Shown: positions 50,532-61,310, counted from the stretch's first letter. The stretch: DNA of 64,000 nt from an uncultured Collinsella sp. (GCA_937923795.1 CALDWI010000002.1:11406-75405), one strand, 5' to 3'. Notes: generated by a model from the sequence alone, not told the origin. Numbers and translations: made by a program.

Positions 50532-50668
50532 ACCGATTGTTTTGTCGGCTCCTGCTGTGTCGAGTCCAAACCGCAAAATGCCATGAGCGGCGCGGATGCA
50601 GCCAGGAGGCACGAGGACAACCCATCGTGGCCACGCCCCGTGCTTAAAACCCCAAGAAGGAGTGAACA

Positions 50669-51226
50669 ATGGCAGAAGAGAAGTATGTGCCGCGTCTGAA
50701 GACCAAGTACAACAACGAGGTCAAGCAGCAGCTTCAGGACAAGTTCCAGTACGAGAACGTCATGATGATCCCCAAGTTTGAGAAGATCGTCGTGAACATG
50801 GGTGTCGGCGAGGCCGCTACCGATTCCAAGGCCATCGACGGTGCCGTGCGCGACCTGCGCGCCATCACCGGCCAGCAGCCGATGATTACCCGCGCCCGCA
50901 AGTCCATCGCTACCTTCCGCCTGCGCGCTGGTATGCCGATCGGCTGCAAGGTTACCCTGCGTGGCGACCGTATGTGGGAGTTCTTCGATCGTCTGACCTC
51001 CGTCGCGATCCCCCGTATCCGCGACTTCCGCGGCATCTCCGCCAAGAGCTTCGACGGCCGTGGTAACTTCTCCATGGGCGTCACCGAGCAGCTCATCTTC
51101 CCCGAGATCGACTTCGATTCCGTCGATCACCAGCGTGGTATGGACATCACTTTCGTGACCACCGCCAACACCGATGAGGAGGCCAAGGCCCTTCTGGACG
51201 CCTTCGGTTTCCCGTTCAAGAAATAG
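50669..51226 (+). CDS. rplE: 50S ribosomal protein L5 (uL5)
   Basis: [11 protein letters not shown]...[20 protein letters not shown]...MWEFFDRL. Confidence 0.96.
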   Translation: MAEEKYVPRLKTKYNNEVKQQLQDKFQYENVMMIPKFEKIVVNMGVGEAATDSKAIDGAVRDLRAITGQQPMITRARKSIATFRLRAGMPIGCKVTLRGDRMWEFFDRLTSVAIPRIRDFRGISAKSFDGRGNFSMGVTEQLIFPEIDFDSVDHQRGMDITFVTTANTDEEAKALLDAFGFPFKK

Positions 51227-51305
51227 GTTCACCTGCCCTATAAGCGCCGTTCCCACAAGGGGGCGGCGCTTGGGGCGAACAATACTCTATGTGAGGAGGA
51301 TATAA

Positions 51306-51491
51306 GTGGCTAAGACATCGATGATCGTCAAGTGCAATCGCAAGCAGAAGTTCTCTACTCGTGAGTACACGCGCTGCCAGCGCTGCGGCCGTCCGCACTC
51401 TGTGTACCGCAAGTTCGGCCTGTGCCGTGTCTGCTTCCGTGAGCTTGCACTCAAGGGCGAGCTTCCCGGCGTTAAGAAGGCCAGCTGGTAA
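51306..51491 (+). CDS. rpsN: 30S ribosomal protein S14, type Z (zinc-binding, 61 aa)
   Basis: [25 protein letters not shown] Cys4 motif. GTG start with a GAGGAGG RBS. Confidence 0.95.
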   Translation: MAKTSMIVKCNRKQKFSTREYTRCQRCGRPHSVYRKFGLCRVCFRELALKGELPGVKKASW

Positions 51492-51610
51492 GTCACTACC
51501 AGCGTTTCAAGCATCCGTTTGGAACAGGGAAAACGCGCTAGTTAGGCTTTGCCGTTAAGGGCGGCGAAGAACCAAGAGCACGTGTTCATCAAGAACGAAG
51601 GAGAATCTGT

Positions 51611-52009
51611 ATGAACCTTACAGACCCGATCGCAGATATGCTTACGCGCATCCGTAACGCTAACTCTGTGAACAAGGCCACGGTCTCCATGCCGAGCAGC
51701 AAGAAGCTCGTCGAGATCGCTCGTGTTCTGCACGAGGAGGGCTACATCGAGGGCTACGATGTCGAGGACACCGTTCCCCAGAAGACTCTGCACATCACGC
51801 TTAAGTATGGTCCCAAGAAGGCTAAGGTCATCAACGGCATCCGCCGTATTTCCAAGCCGGGCCTGCGTAAGTACACCGGCGTTGCCGACATGCCCCGCGT
51901 CCGCGGTGGCCTTGGTACCGCCATTATTTCCACCAGCCATGGCGTCATGACCGACCGCGATGCTCGCAAGCACAACGTCGGCGGCGAGATCATCGCTTAC
52001 GTCTGGTAA
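51611..52009 (+). CDS. rpsH: 30S ribosomal protein S8 (uS8)
   Basis: [15 protein letters not shown]...GGEIIAYVW. Confidence 0.96.
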   Translation: MNLTDPIADMLTRIRNANSVNKATVSMPSSKKLVEIARVLHEEGYIEGYDVEDTVPQKTLHITLKYGPKKAKVINGIRRISKPGLRKYTGVADMPRVRGGLGTAIISTSHGVMTDRDARKHNVGGEIIAYVW

Positions 52010-52042
52010 TTCGCTCGGTAGGTAGAAGGAAAGGAGATCACC

Positions 52043-52579
52043 GTGTCTCGTATCGGTAATAAGCCTGTCCAGATTCCCGCCGGAGTCGAAGTGGCAGTCA
52101 ACGGCAACAACGTTGTCGTCAAGGGCCCCAAGGGCCAGCTCGAGCTCGATGTCTTTGAGAAGCTCGCTATCAACGTTGAGGACAACGTCCTCACCGTTTC
52201 CCGTCCCGACGACGAGCGTGAGACCCGTGCCCGCCACGGCCTCACCCGCGCCCTCATCCACAACATGGTTGTTGGCGTTTCCGAGGGCTTCGAGAAGAAG
52301 CTCGAGCTCGCCGGCGTCGGTTACCGCGTGCAGCAGAAGGGCAAGAACCTCGAGTTCTCCCTGGGCTTCTCGCACCCCGTGATCGTCGAGGCTCCCGAGG
52401 GCATCACCTTCGAGGTTCCCGACAACACCCACGTGAACGTCAAGGGTATCAACAAGCAGCAGGTCGGTCAGATCGCCGCTGAGATCCGCGGCCATCGTCC
52501 TCCCGAGCCTTACAAGGGCAAGGGTATCCACTACGTTGGCGAGCACATCCGCCGCAAGCTGGGTAAGGCCGCCAAGTAG
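52043..52579 (+). CDS. rplF: 50S ribosomal protein L6 (uL6), GTG start
   Basis: [16 protein letters not shown]...VKGPKGQLE...PEPYKGKGI. Confidence 0.96.
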   Translation: MSRIGNKPVQIPAGVEVAVNGNNVVVKGPKGQLELDVFEKLAINVEDNVLTVSRPDDERETRARHGLTRALIHNMVVGVSEGFEKKLELAGVGYRVQQKGKNLEFSLGFSHPVIVEAPEGITFEVPDNTHVNVKGINKQQVGQIAAEIRGHRPPEPYKGKGIHYVGEHIRRKLGKAAK

Positions 52580-52654
52580 TCGTAACCGACTCACTCGCAT
52601 AAGACCAGCACCCCGTCAGGTGCTGGCAAGATCAACCTTTTTAGGAGTTTACGT

Positions 52655-53023
52655 ATGAACAAGCATAAGGCGAAGCTGGAAGGCCTCAAGCGTCGTCAGC
52701 GTCGTGTTCGCGGCAAGGTCTCGGGTACCTCCGAGCGTCCGCGTCTTCGCGTGACCCGTACTAACGCCAACATCTATGCCCAGATCATCGACGACAGCAA
52801 GGGCTCCAGCCTGACGCTCGTCTCTGCCTCGACCCTCGAGGCCGAGTTCAAGGGCACCCACACCTCGAACAAGGAGGCTGCGGAGAAGGTCGGTCAGCTC
52901 GTTGGCAAGCGCGCCATCGAGGCCGGCATCACCAAGGTCGCCTTCGATCGCGGTGGCCGTATCTACCATGGCCGCGTCAAGGCCCTCGCCGACGGTGCTC
53001 GTGCCGCCGGTCTCGAGTTCTAG
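52655..53023 (+). CDS. rplR: 50S ribosomal protein L18 (uL18)
   Basis: [20 protein letters not shown]...[20 protein letters not shown]. Confidence 0.95.
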   Translation: MNKHKAKLEGLKRRQRRVRGKVSGTSERPRLRVTRTNANIYAQIIDDSKGSSLTLVSASTLEAEFKGTHTSNKEAAEKVGQLVGKRAIEAGITKVAFDRGGRIYHGRVKALADGARAAGLEF

Positions 53024-53037
53024 GAGGTATGTAGCAC

Positions 53038-53562
53038 ATGGCTCGTAATCAGAAGCAGCAGCGCGAGGCCTCCGAGTTCGAGGAGCGCGTCGTTTACATC
53101 AACCGCGTGTCGAAGACCGTCAAGGGTGGTCGTCGCATGAGCCTCGTCGCTCTCGTCGTCGTTGGCGACGGCAAGGGCAACGTCGGCGTTGGCATGGGCA
53201 AGTCCGCTGAGGTGCCCATGGCCATCTCCAAGGCGTCTCTCGATGCCAAGAAGAACATGTTCCACGTGCCGGTGACCGAGCAGGGCACCATTCCGCACGA
53301 GGTTCTCGGCCACTTTGGTGCCGGCCGCATCATCATCAAGCCCGCTGTCGAGGGTACCGGCGTTATCGCCGGCGGCGCTGTGCGTCCCCTCTTTGAGCTT
53401 GCTGGCATCAAGAACGTCCTGTCCAAGTCCCTCGGTACCGACAACGGCCTCAACATCATCAAGGCTGCCGTCGAGGGCCTCAAGGAGCTCTCCAGCCCTG
53501 AGGACGTCGCGGCTCGCCGTGGCCTGACGGTCTCCGAGATGTTCGTCGGTAAGGAGAACTAA
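53038..53562 (+). CDS. rpsE: 30S ribosomal protein S5 (uS5)
   Basis: [36 protein letters not shown]. Confidence 0.96.
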   Translation: MARNQKQQREASEFEERVVYINRVSKTVKGGRRMSLVALVVVGDGKGNVGVGMGKSAEVPMAISKASLDAKKNMFHVPVTEQGTIPHEVLGHFGAGRIIIKPAVEGTGVIAGGAVRPLFELAGIKNVLSKSLGTDNGLNIIKAAVEGLKELSSPEDVAARRGLTVSEMFVGKEN

Positions 53563-53564
53563 GC

Positions 53565-53747
53565 ATGGCTGACACCATCAAGATCAAGCAGGTCCGCAGC
53601 ACCAATGGTTGCAAGCAGGACCAGGTCCGTACTGTCCGTGCCCTCGGTCTCCACAGGATCCGCGAGGTTCGCGAGATTGCTGACAACGAGTCCGTCCGCG
53701 GCATGATCTTCAAGGTCAAGCACCTTGTCGAGATTGTAGAGGAGTAG
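53565..53747 (+). CDS. rpmD: 50S ribosomal protein L30 (uL30)
   Basis: IKIKQVRS..G....Q..TVRALGL.RI. Confidence 0.93.
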   Translation: MADTIKIKQVRSTNGCKQDQVRTVRALGLHRIREVREIADNESVRGMIFKVKHLVEIVEE

Positions 53748-53750
53748 CAA

Positions 53751-54200
53751 ATGCAGCTTCACGATCTTACTCCCGCGCCCGGTTCCACCAAGAACCGTAA
53801 GCGCGTCGGCCGTGGCAATTCTTCGGGTCACGGCACCACTTCTGGCCGCGGCCAGAAGGGCCAGGGTTCCCGCTCTGGCGGCACCAAGGGTGCCGGCTTC
53901 GAGGGTGGCCAGACTCCGCTGGCTATGCGCCTGCCCAAGCTTCCGGGCTTCCGCAACCCCCGTCGTATCGAGTACACCGCCGTTAACGTTGAGCGTCTCG
54001 AGCGTAAGTTCGAGGACGGCGCTGTGATCGACGGTGCCGCTCTTAAGGCCGCTCGCATCACCAAGAGCGAGTTCGAGCCCGTTAAGGTGCTCGGCAATGG
54101 TGAGCTCACCAAGAAGTTCACGGTCAAGGTCGACAAGGTCAGCGCTTCTGCGCAGGCCAAGATCGAGGCCGCCGGCGGAAAGGTCGAGCTGCCGTGCTAA
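53751..54200 (+). CDS. rplO: 50S ribosomal protein L15 (uL15)
   Basis: [33 protein letters not shown]. Confidence 0.95.
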   Translation: MQLHDLTPAPGSTKNRKRVGRGNSSGHGTTSGRGQKGQGSRSGGTKGAGFEGGQTPLAMRLPKLPGFRNPRRIEYTAVNVERLERKFEDGAVIDGAALKAARITKSEFEPVKVLGNGELTKKFTVKVDKVSASAQAKIEAAGGKVELPC

Positions 54201-55480
54201 ATGGTCTTAAGAATGCTTTCCGCATCAAAGAATTGCGCGAAAAGATTCTTTTTACCATAGCTATGCTCGTCGTGTACCGCATTGGTGCGCACGTTCCTGT
54301 GCCCGGCATTCCCTTCCAGGGGATGCTGGGCCTTTTCTCGACCGATAACAATTCGGTCGCCGCAGGTGCTATGGCCCTCCTGAATCTTTTCTCTGGCGGC
54401 GCGTTGAGCTATGTGTCGGTGTTTTCGCTGGGCATCATGCCTTACATCACCAGCTCGATCATCCTCCAGATGCTCCAGGCCGTCGTGCCTTCCCTGCATG
54501 AGCTTGCCCGCGAGGGCGAGGTCGGTCAGACCAAGATTACGCAGTATTCGCGTTACCTCACCCTGGCTCTGGCAATCCTCAACTCCGTGGGTTACCTCTT
54601 CCTCTTTAAGAGCTTCGGCATCAGCTTCAATGGCGCCGGCGCTCCCGAGATCATCTTCGACCTCATGATCGTCGGTACGCTCACCGCGGGCGCCATGCTG
54701 ATCATGTGGATTGGTGAGCTCATCACCCAGCGCGGTATCGGCAATGGCATGTCGCTGATCATCTTCGCGAACATCATGGCCGGTCTGCCGCAGGCTATCT
54801 TCTCCAGCACCGAGGGTAACGCCGGTGGCATCATCACCATGGTGATCATCTGCGCCATCATCCTGCTGGTTATCCCGTTGATTGTTTTCCTTGAGCGCGG
54901 CCAGCGCCGCATTCCGGTCTCCTACGCTAAGCGCGTCGTGGGCCGTCGCATGATGGGTGGCCAGACCACCTACCTGCCCATCAAGGTCAACACCGCGGGT
55001 GTCGTGCCGATCATCTTCGCTTCGGCGCTGCTGTACTTCCCGGCTCAGATTGCCGTGTTCTTCCCCGGCATCGGCTGGATCCAGGCAGTTGCCTCTGCGC
55101 TTTCGCGCGGCTGGCTCAACTGGGTGCTTAACGTTGTCCTCATCGTGTTCTTCGCGTACTTCTACACCTCCATGGTGTTCAACCCCGATGACACGGCCGA
55201 CAACCTTAAGAAGCAGGGCGGCTTTATTCCGGGCGTGCGTCCGGGTAGGGCTACTGCGGCCTACATCAAGAACGCGCTCAACAAGATCACGCTTCCCAGC
55301 GCTGTCTTTTTGGCGCTCATCGCCATCGTGCCTTCGATCATCTTCTCCTTCACGGGTAACCAGCTGATCCAGGCATTTGGCGGCACGTCCATCCTCATCA
55401 TGGTCGGCGTCGTGCTCGACACGGTCGATAAGCTCGAAGGCCAGATCAAGATGTATGATTACGATGGATTCTTTAAATAG
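54194..55480 (+). CDS. secY: Preprotein translocase subunit SecY
   Basis: 10-TM protein with [20 protein letters not shown] and [16 protein letters not shown] motifs. GTG start overlaps the end of rplO. Confidence 0.95.
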   Translation: MLNGLKNAFRIKELREKILFTIAMLVVYRIGAHVPVPGIPFQGMLGLFSTDNNSVAAGAMALLNLFSGGALSYVSVFSLGIMPYITSSIILQMLQAVVPSLHELAREGEVGQTKITQYSRYLTLALAILNSVGYLFLFKSFGISFNGAGAPEIIFDLMIVGTLTAGAMLIMWIGELITQRGIGNGMSLIIFANIMAGLPQAIFSSTEGNAGGIITMVIICAIILLVIPLIVFLERGQRRIPVSYAKRVVGRRMMGGQTTYLPIKVNTAGVVPIIFASALLYFPAQIAVFFPGIGWIQAVASALSRGWLNWVLNVVLIVFFAYFYTSMVFNPDDTADNLKKQGGFIPGVRPGRATAAYIKNALNKITLPSAVFLALIAIVPSIIFSFTGNQLIQAFGGTSILIMVGVVLDTVDKLEGQIKMYDYDGFFK

Positions 55481-55498
55481 GCTAGAGGAGGATTGCTC

Positions 55499-56125
55499 AT
55501 GAACCTCGTATTGCTCGGAGCTCCGGGTGCCGGTAAGGGCACCGTCGCACAGGAGCTCGTCGCCGAGTTTGGCGTCGCCCATATTTCCACGGGCGACCTG
55601 CTGCGTGCTGCCGTCAAGGGTGGCACCGAGCTTGGTATTCAGGCTAAGAAGTACATGGACGCTGGCGAGCTCGTTCCCGACCAGCTCGTGATCGACCTTG
55701 TCAAGGAGCGCCTTGCCGCCGATGACGCCCAGCAGGGCTTCATCCTCGACGGCTTCCCGCGCAACACCGCCCAGGCTGTGACGCTCGATTCCGAGCTCTC
55801 CGCCATGGGTCGCGAGATCGATTGCGCCCTTCTGGTCGATGTGGCCCCCGAGGTCATTATCGATCGTCTGTCTTCGCGTCGCACCTGCCGCGCCTGCGGT
55901 TACACCGGCACCGCTGCCGATGCTACCTGCCCCAAGTGTGGCGGCGAGATGTATCAGCGCGACGACGACAAGCCCGAGACCATCAAGAACCGTCTCGACG
56001 TCTACGAGAAGTCCACGAGCCCGCTCGTCGACTACTATCGTGGCCAGGGTCTGCTCAAGTCGGTCAACGGTGACCAGGCTCGCGAGACCGTGTACGGGGA
56101 TGTCAAAGAGGCTCTCGGTCTATGA
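55499..56125 (+). CDS. adk: Adenylate kinase with a Cys4 zinc lid
   Basis: LLGAPGAGKGT P-loop. Lid reads CRACG...CPKCGG. The ATG at 55499 is preferred over the ORF-track TTG at 55493. Confidence 0.95.
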   Translation: MNLVLLGAPGAGKGTVAQELVAEFGVAHISTGDLLRAAVKGGTELGIQAKKYMDAGELVPDQLVIDLVKERLAADDAQQGFILDGFPRNTAQAVTLDSELSAMGREIDCALLVDVAPEVIIDRLSSRRTCRACGYTGTAADATCPKCGGEMYQRDDDKPETIKNRLDVYEKSTSPLVDYYRGQGLLKSVNGDQARETVYGDVKEALGL

Positions 56126-56910
56126 TCAAGATTAAGTCTGCAACGCAAATCGAGCAGATGAAGAAGGCAGGAGCGCTATCTAAGATGGCGCTCCGCCACG
56201 TTGGAGCCATGGTGCGCCCCGGCGTTTCGACTTTTGAGCTCGATCAGCTCGCAGAGCAGATTATCCGCATGCATGGTGGCACCCCAGCCTTTAAGGGTTA
56301 CGGCGGGTTTCCCGGAACCATTTGCGCATCGATTAACGATGCCGTGGTACACGGTATTCCCAACCCCGACATGATCCTGCGCGATGGCGATATCATCTCC
56401 ATCGATACGGGAGCCGTTGTCGACGGTTGGGTCGGCGATAACGCTTGGACGTTTTTCGTCGGCACCCCCACGCCCGAAGCCAAGGCTTTGTGCGAGATCA
56501 CGCGCGATTGCCTTAAGGCTGCTATCGAGCAGGCTGTTCCCGGTAACCATATCGGGGACGTCGGTTATGCCGTTCAGTCCCTCGCCGAGTCTCACGGTTA
56601 CGGCGTGCTTCGCGATTATGTGGGCCATGGCATTGGCCGCGTGATGCACGAGGACCCCAACGTTCCTAACTATGGAAAGAAGGGGAGGGGCGTTCGCCTC
56701 CAGGCCGGCATGGTCATTGCCATCGAGCCGATGGTTACGATGGGTTCCAACCATGTGAGCACGGGCTCCGACGGTTGGATCGTCACGACCAACGACCACC
56801 TGCCCGCCGCGCACTACGAGAACACCGTCGCCATTACCAATGACGGCCCGGTGATTCTCACCACGGATGCCCAAGGTGCTTGGTGCTCCCTCCAAGGCGG
56901 AGAAATGTAA
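56122..56910 (+). CDS. map: Type I methionine aminopeptidase
   Basis: VVHGIP, DISIDTGA, HGIGR and IEPM metal-ligand motifs. Confidence 0.95.
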   Translation: MIKIKSATQIEQMKKAGALSKMALRHVGAMVRPGVSTFELDQLAEQIIRMHGGTPAFKGYGGFPGTICASINDAVVHGIPNPDMILRDGDIISIDTGAVVDGWVGDNAWTFFVGTPTPEAKALCEITRDCLKAAIEQAVPGNHIGDVGYAVQSLAESHGYGVLRDYVGHGIGRVMHEDPNVPNYGKKGRGVRLQAGMVIAIEPMVTMGSNHVSTGSDGWIVTTNDHLPAAHYENTVAITNDGPVILTTDAQGAWCSLQGGEM

Positions 56911-56946
56911 CAAGTTCCATTTAGTTGTGGAGCCATTACGAAGTTA

Positions 56947-56975
56947 TTACGATGCGTGCATACGTGTTGTAGAAT
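56947..56975 (+). promoter_or_regulatory. Candidate promoter upstream of infA
   Basis: TTACGA, 17-nt spacer, TAGAAT (56970-56975). Confidence 0.3.
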
Positions 56976-57014
56976 ACTCAATCGCTGTCGTTTTCTAGAG
57001 AAAGATGATTGCTT

Positions 57015-57233
57015 GTGAAGAAGGAAGACGCAATTGAGCTCGAGGGTACGGTAAAGGAACCGTTGCCCAACGCCATGTTTAAGGTCGAGCTCGAGAACGG
57101 TCATTCGGTTCTGTGCAACATTTCTGGCAAGATCCGAATGAATTACATCCGTATTCTCCCCGGTGACAGGGTTGTCGTGGAGCTTTCCCCGTACGACCTG
57201 ACCCGCGGCCGCATCACCTATCGCTACAAATAG
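57015..57233 (+). CDS. infA: Translation initiation factor IF-1
   Basis: [12 protein letters not shown]...[17 protein letters not shown]...IRILPGD.V.VE.SPYDL..GRI.YR. GTG 57015 is the likely start; the ORF-track TTG is at 57009. Confidence 0.93.
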   Translation: MKKEDAIELEGTVKEPLPNAMFKVELENGHSVLCNISGKIRMNYIRILPGDRVVVELSPYDLTRGRITYRYK

Positions 57234-57383
57234 CGGCACGCATACACGCACTCCATTTCCGACTGCAGGCTTAGCTCAACCTACGGTCGGATTGTGTGTG
57301 AAGACCAGCCATAGTTTTAAACGCCTGCGGCTGGGCGAGTAGATAGTAGGGAAGTAGTTTGAGCGCTACCGAAAGGAAGAACG

Positions 57384-57497
57384 ATGAAGGTACGTCCTTC
57401 GGTCAAGAAGATGTGCGATAAGTGCAAAATCATTAGGCGCCATGGCAAGGTCCTCGTCATTTGCGAGAACCCCCGTCATAAGCAGCGTCAGGGTTAA
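57384..57497 (+). CDS. rpmJ: 50S ribosomal protein L36 (bL36), zinc-binding form, 37 aa (below the ORF-track cutoff)
   Basis: Translated by hand as [45 protein letters not shown]. Confidence 0.93.
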   Translation: MKVRPSVKKMCDKCKIIRRHGKVLVICENPRHKQRQG

Positions 57498-57511
57498 GAG
57501 AGGAGACTACG

Positions 57512-57886
57512 TTGGCCCGTATTAATGGTGTCGACCTCCCGCGTGAGAAGCGCGTTGAGATCGGTCTGACCTACATTTACGGCATCGGCCGCACCACTGC
57601 GACGAAGATTTGCGTCGAGTGCAACGTTAACGTGGATACGCGCGTTAAGGACCTCACCGAGGATGAGGTTAACGCCATCCGCGATTATATCGATAAGAAC
57701 CAGATCATGGTTGAGGGCGACCTCCGCCGTGAGCGCAACCAGAACGTCAAGCGCCTTATGGACATCGGCTGCAACCGCGGCCTTCGTCACCGCAAGGGCC
57801 TCCCGGTCCGCGGCCAGCGCACCCACACTAACGCTCGTACCCGCAAGGGCCCGAAGCGTCAGATCGGTGCTAAGAAGAAGAAATAA
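57512..57886 (+). CDS. rpsM: 30S ribosomal protein S13 (uS13), TTG start
   Basis: [25 protein letters not shown]. Confidence 0.96.
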   Translation: MARINGVDLPREKRVEIGLTYIYGIGRTTATKICVECNVNVDTRVKDLTEDEVNAIRDYIDKNQIMVEGDLRRERNQNVKRLMDIGCNRGLRHRKGLPVRGQRTHTNARTRKGPKRQIGAKKKK

Positions 57887-57900
57887 GGAGCGCTAGATAG

Positions 57901-58305
57901 ATGGCTACTGCTAAGAAGAACGTTCGCGCTGCCCGTCTGAAGCGCGCGGACCGTAAGAACATTTCCGTGGGCCAGGCTCACATTCGTTCTACGTTCAACA
58001 ACACGATCGTTTCGATCACCGATCCCCAGGGCAACGTCATTTCCTGGAAGTCGGCTGGCCAGGTGGGCTTCAAGGGCTCCCGTAAGTCCACGCCGTTCGC
58101 TGCCCAGATGGCTGCCGAGGCTGCTGCCAAGCAGGCCATGGAGCACGGTATGAAGAAGGTTTCCGTCTTCGTCAAGGGCCCCGGCTCCGGTCGTGAGACC
58201 GCCATCCGCTCCCTCCAGGCTGCTGGCCTCGAGGTCTCGAGCATCCAGGACAAGACCCCCATTCCGCACAACGGCTGCCGCCCCAAGAAGCGTCGCCGCG
58301 TGTAA
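57901..58305 (+). CDS. rpsK: 30S ribosomal protein S11 (uS11)
   Basis: [20 protein letters not shown]...[18 protein letters not shown]. Confidence 0.96.
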   Translation: MATAKKNVRAARLKRADRKNISVGQAHIRSTFNNTIVSITDPQGNVISWKSAGQVGFKGSRKSTPFAAQMAAEAAAKQAMEHGMKKVSVFVKGPGSGRETAIRSLQAAGLEVSSIQDKTPIPHNGCRPKKRRRV

Positions 58306-58324
58306 CTGAAAGGATCGTATCAAT

Positions 58325-58921
58325 ATGGCAATCGACAGGACTCCTGTTCTTAAGCGCTGCCGTCAGCTCGGGATCGATCCCGCTGAGCTCGGTTACAGCA
58401 GCAAGAAGGAATCTATCCGTCAGCCCAAGCGCCGTCGCAAGGAATCTGAGTACGGCATGCAGCTGCGCGAGAAGCAGAAGGTCAAGTTCATCTATGGCGT
58501 TCTGGAGAAGCAGTTCCACGGCTACTTCAACAAGGCCCGCAAGATGAACGGCGTCACCGGTGAGAACCTCATGATCATCCTTGAGTCTCGCCTCGACAAC
58601 GTCGTCTTCCGTCTTGGCTTCGCCCGCACCCGCAAAGAGGCTCGTCAGTCCGTCCGTCATGGTCACTTCACCGTGAACGGCAAGCGCGTGGACATCCCGT
58701 CCTACCGCGTCAAGGCCGGCGACGTCGTCGCTGTCGGCGAGAAGTTCCGTGACCTCCTCCCCATCAAGGAGGCCCTGATTTCCTCCGAGCGCTTTGAGGT
58801 TCCTGGCTGGCTCGAGGTCGATATCGAGAAGCTGTCTGGTAACGTGCTCGCTCTGCCGACGCGTGAGCAGATCAGCGGTGATATCAACGAGCAGCTCATC
58901 GTCGAGCTCTACTCTAAGTAG
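58325..58921 (+). CDS. rpsD: 30S ribosomal protein S4 (uS4)
   Basis: LREKQKVKFIYGVLEKQF...LESRLDNVVFRLGFA.TR.EARQ.V.HGH..VNG. Confidence 0.96.
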   Translation: MAIDRTPVLKRCRQLGIDPAELGYSSKKESIRQPKRRRKESEYGMQLREKQKVKFIYGVLEKQFHGYFNKARKMNGVTGENLMIILESRLDNVVFRLGFARTRKEARQSVRHGHFTVNGKRVDIPSYRVKAGDVVAVGEKFRDLLPIKEALISSERFEVPGWLEVDIEKLSGNVLALPTREQISGDINEQLIVELYSK

Positions 58922-58953
58922 TCCATCCGGGCTGCTGAGGCTGGAGGTAATAC

Positions 58954-59895
58954 ATGTCAGAATTCATTAGGCCTCAGGTTCAGGTCGAAGAGATCAACGA
59001 GACGTCTGCTCGTGTCTCCGTCGAGCCGCTCGAGCGTGGCTACGGCGATACGCTGGGTAACTCCCTTCGTCGCGTTCTTCTGTCCTCGCTCGAGGGTGCC
59101 GCCGTCGAGGCTATTCAGATCGATGGCGCGCAGCACGAGTTCATGACCATCCCTAACATGGTCGAGGATGTCACCGACATCGTCCTGAATGTCAAGGGTC
59201 TTGTCTTCAGGGCTCTCGGCACGACCGACGAGGCGACCGCCACCATTTCGGTTGACGGCCCCTGCGAGGTCACCGGTGCGGACTTCTTTATTCCGTCCGA
59301 GTTTGAGCTGGTCAACCCCGAGCAGCACATCGCTACGCTCACCGAGGGTGGCCATCTCACCATGAGCATGCGCATCGGCTATGGCCGCGGCTATGTTTCT
59401 GGCGAGGCCAACAAACGCGACAACGATCCCATCGGTGTGATCCACGTCGACTCGCTGTACTCGCCGGTTTCCCGTTGCGCCAAGCTCGTTGAGGCTTGCC
59501 GTGTCGGTCAGCACACCGACTACGACCGCCTTGTCCTCGAGATCGAGACCAACGGCTCCATCGCCCCGCGCGACGCCGTGGTCCAGGCTGCCAATATCAT
59601 TAACCAGCATATGGCTGCCTTTATGAACCTTGCCGAGACCCCCGAGGTCGAGGAGGAGGCTTCGATCTTCGCTCCCGAGGTCACCAACGACAACGCTGAG
59701 CTGGACAAGCAGATCGAGGATCTGGACCTTTCCGTCCGTTCTTACAACTGCCTTAAGCGCGCCAGCATTCACTCGGTCCGTCAGCTCGTTGAGTTCTCGG
59801 AGAACGATCTGCTCAACATCCGTAACTTCGGTGTTAAGTCGATCGAGGAAGTGAAGGACAAGCTTGAGTCCATGGGCCTGAGCCTGAAGGCTTAA
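58954..59895 (+). CDS. rpoA: DNA-directed RNA polymerase subunit alpha
   Basis: PLERGYG.TLGNSLRRVLLSS and C-terminal domain LDLSVRSYNCLKRA.I..V..L. Confidence 0.96.
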   Translation: MSEFIRPQVQVEEINETSARVSVEPLERGYGDTLGNSLRRVLLSSLEGAAVEAIQIDGAQHEFMTIPNMVEDVTDIVLNVKGLVFRALGTTDEATATISVDGPCEVTGADFFIPSEFELVNPEQHIATLTEGGHLTMSMRIGYGRGYVSGEANKRDNDPIGVIHVDSLYSPVSRCAKLVEACRVGQHTDYDRLVLEIETNGSIAPRDAVVQAANIINQHMAAFMNLAETPEVEEEASIFAPEVTNDNAELDKQIEDLDLSVRSYNCLKRASIHSVRQLVEFSENDLLNIRNFGVKSIEEVKDKLESMGLSLKA

Positions 59896-59925
59896 TGCTT
59901 CGCATATTTGAGGAGAAACTAGACC

Positions 59926-60393
59926 ATGCGTCATAACGTTAAGAAGGGCCTGAAGCTCGGCACCGATGCGAGCCACACCAAGGCCATGAAGAAGAGCCTT
60001 GCTAAGGCCCTCTTCGAGAACGACCGCATCAAGACCACCGAGACCCGCGCTAAGGCGCTGCGTTCGGTCGTCGATCCGATCATCACCTGGGCCAAGAAGG
60101 GCGACCTGCACTCTCGTCGTCTGGCTATCGCCAAGCTCGGCGATAAGCAGCTCGTTGCCGAGATCTTCGACAAGGCTGCTCAGGGCATGTGGCAGGACCG
60201 CAACGGCGGTTACACCCGCATCATGAAGCTCGGTAACCGCAAGGGCGACAACGCTCCCATCGTTATCATGGAGCTCGTCACCGAGCCTTGCACGCCTAAG
60301 GCTAAGAAGGCTGCTCCGGCCCCCAAGAAGGCCGCTGCTCCCAAGAAGGTCGAGGCTGCCGAGGAGGCTCCTGCTGAGGAGACCGCTGAGTAG
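59926..60393 (+). CDS. rplQ: 50S ribosomal protein L17 (bL17) with a Lys/Ala/Pro-rich C-terminal extension
   Basis: MRHNVKKGLKLG...TTETRAKALR..V...IT.AK. The tail reads PKAKKAAPAPKKAAAPKKVEAAEEAPAEETAE. Confidence 0.94.
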   Translation: MRHNVKKGLKLGTDASHTKAMKKSLAKALFENDRIKTTETRAKALRSVVDPIITWAKKGDLHSRRLAIAKLGDKQLVAEIFDKAAQGMWQDRNGGYTRIMKLGNRKGDNAPIVIMELVTEPCTPKAKKAAPAPKKAAAPKKVEAAEEAPAEETAE

Positions 60394-60419
60394 ACAATCC
60401 GTCTGCATAGGCTATATTC

Positions 60420-60451
60420 GAGGGGTACGTTCGCGTACCCCTCTTTTTTTG
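60420..60451 (+). terminator. Rho-independent terminator ending the alpha operon
   Basis: gaggggtacg-ttcg-cgtacccctc followed by ttttttt. Confidence 0.85.
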
Positions 60452-60485
60452 TCGCGATACCGTTGCTTGTTTGTTGGGAGCGCCC

Positions 60486-61310
60486 ATGACTGCGCCGTCT
60501 GATTTCAATTCGATTTCCGAGCTTGACGCCACGCTCGTATTTCGCGTGGCCTATGATGGCTCGTCGTATAGCGGATTTGCCGAGCAGCCGGGACAGACGA
60601 CGGTTGCGGGTGAGCTACGTCGAGCTATTGAGACGCTCCTGCGCCGTCCGATCGACCTGACGTGTGCGGGACGTACCGATGCCGGCGTGCATGCGGTGGC
60701 ACAGTTTATCAGCGTGCCCGTAACGGACGCTGAGTTGGCTTTGACGCGCCGTAGGTGGCTGAGGGCTATGGATGCCCTCCTGCCCAAAGATATCGCCATA
60801 AACGAGGTCTACAAGGCCCGTAAAGGCTTTTCTGCACGCTTTGATGCGCGTTCCCGTACGTATACGTACCGTATTGCCGATCGCGACGCGCGCCCTGTGC
60901 TTTCGCGCGGTGCGGTGTGGTGGCATCGCTACCCATTGGATGTTGAGGCGATGTCTGCGGCCTGTCCCGCGCTGCTGGGCGAGCAGGACTTCAAGAGCTT
61001 TTGCAAGGTGGCGTCTGCCGTGGGCAAGCCCACGCACCGCTGCGTGATGCGTGCCGAGTTTGGCCATGAGGCTGCGTTTGGCGAGGACATCCTGACGTTT
61101 ACCATCGAGGGCAATGCGTTTCTGCATTCGATGGTCCGCACGATCGTGGGCACGCTTGTCGAGATTGGCATGCATCGCCGTGAACCCGAGTGGATGCGCG
61201 AGGTCATCGATGCTTGCGACCGTACCGCTGCGGGCCCCACGGCTCCTGCCTGCGGCCTTACGTTTATGGGCGTGGATTACGATCCCGCCGAGCTTGTCGT
61301 GCTCGACTAG
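60486..61310 (+). CDS. truA: tRNA pseudouridine(38-40) synthase
   Basis: VAYDGSSYSGF..Q and GRTDAGVHA catalytic Asp motif. Start is ATG 60486 or TTG 60471. Confidence 0.9.
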   Translation: MTAPSDFNSISELDATLVFRVAYDGSSYSGFAEQPGQTTVAGELRRAIETLLRRPIDLTCAGRTDAGVHAVAQFISVPVTDAELALTRRRWLRAMDALLPKDIAINEVYKARKGFSARFDARSRTYTYRIADRDARPVLSRGAVWWHRYPLDVEAMSAACPALLGEQDFKSFCKVASAVGKPTHRCVMRAEFGHEAAFGEDILTFTIEGNAFLHSMVRTIVGTLVEIGMHRREPEWMREVIDACDRTAAGPTAPACGLTFMGVDYDPAELVVLD

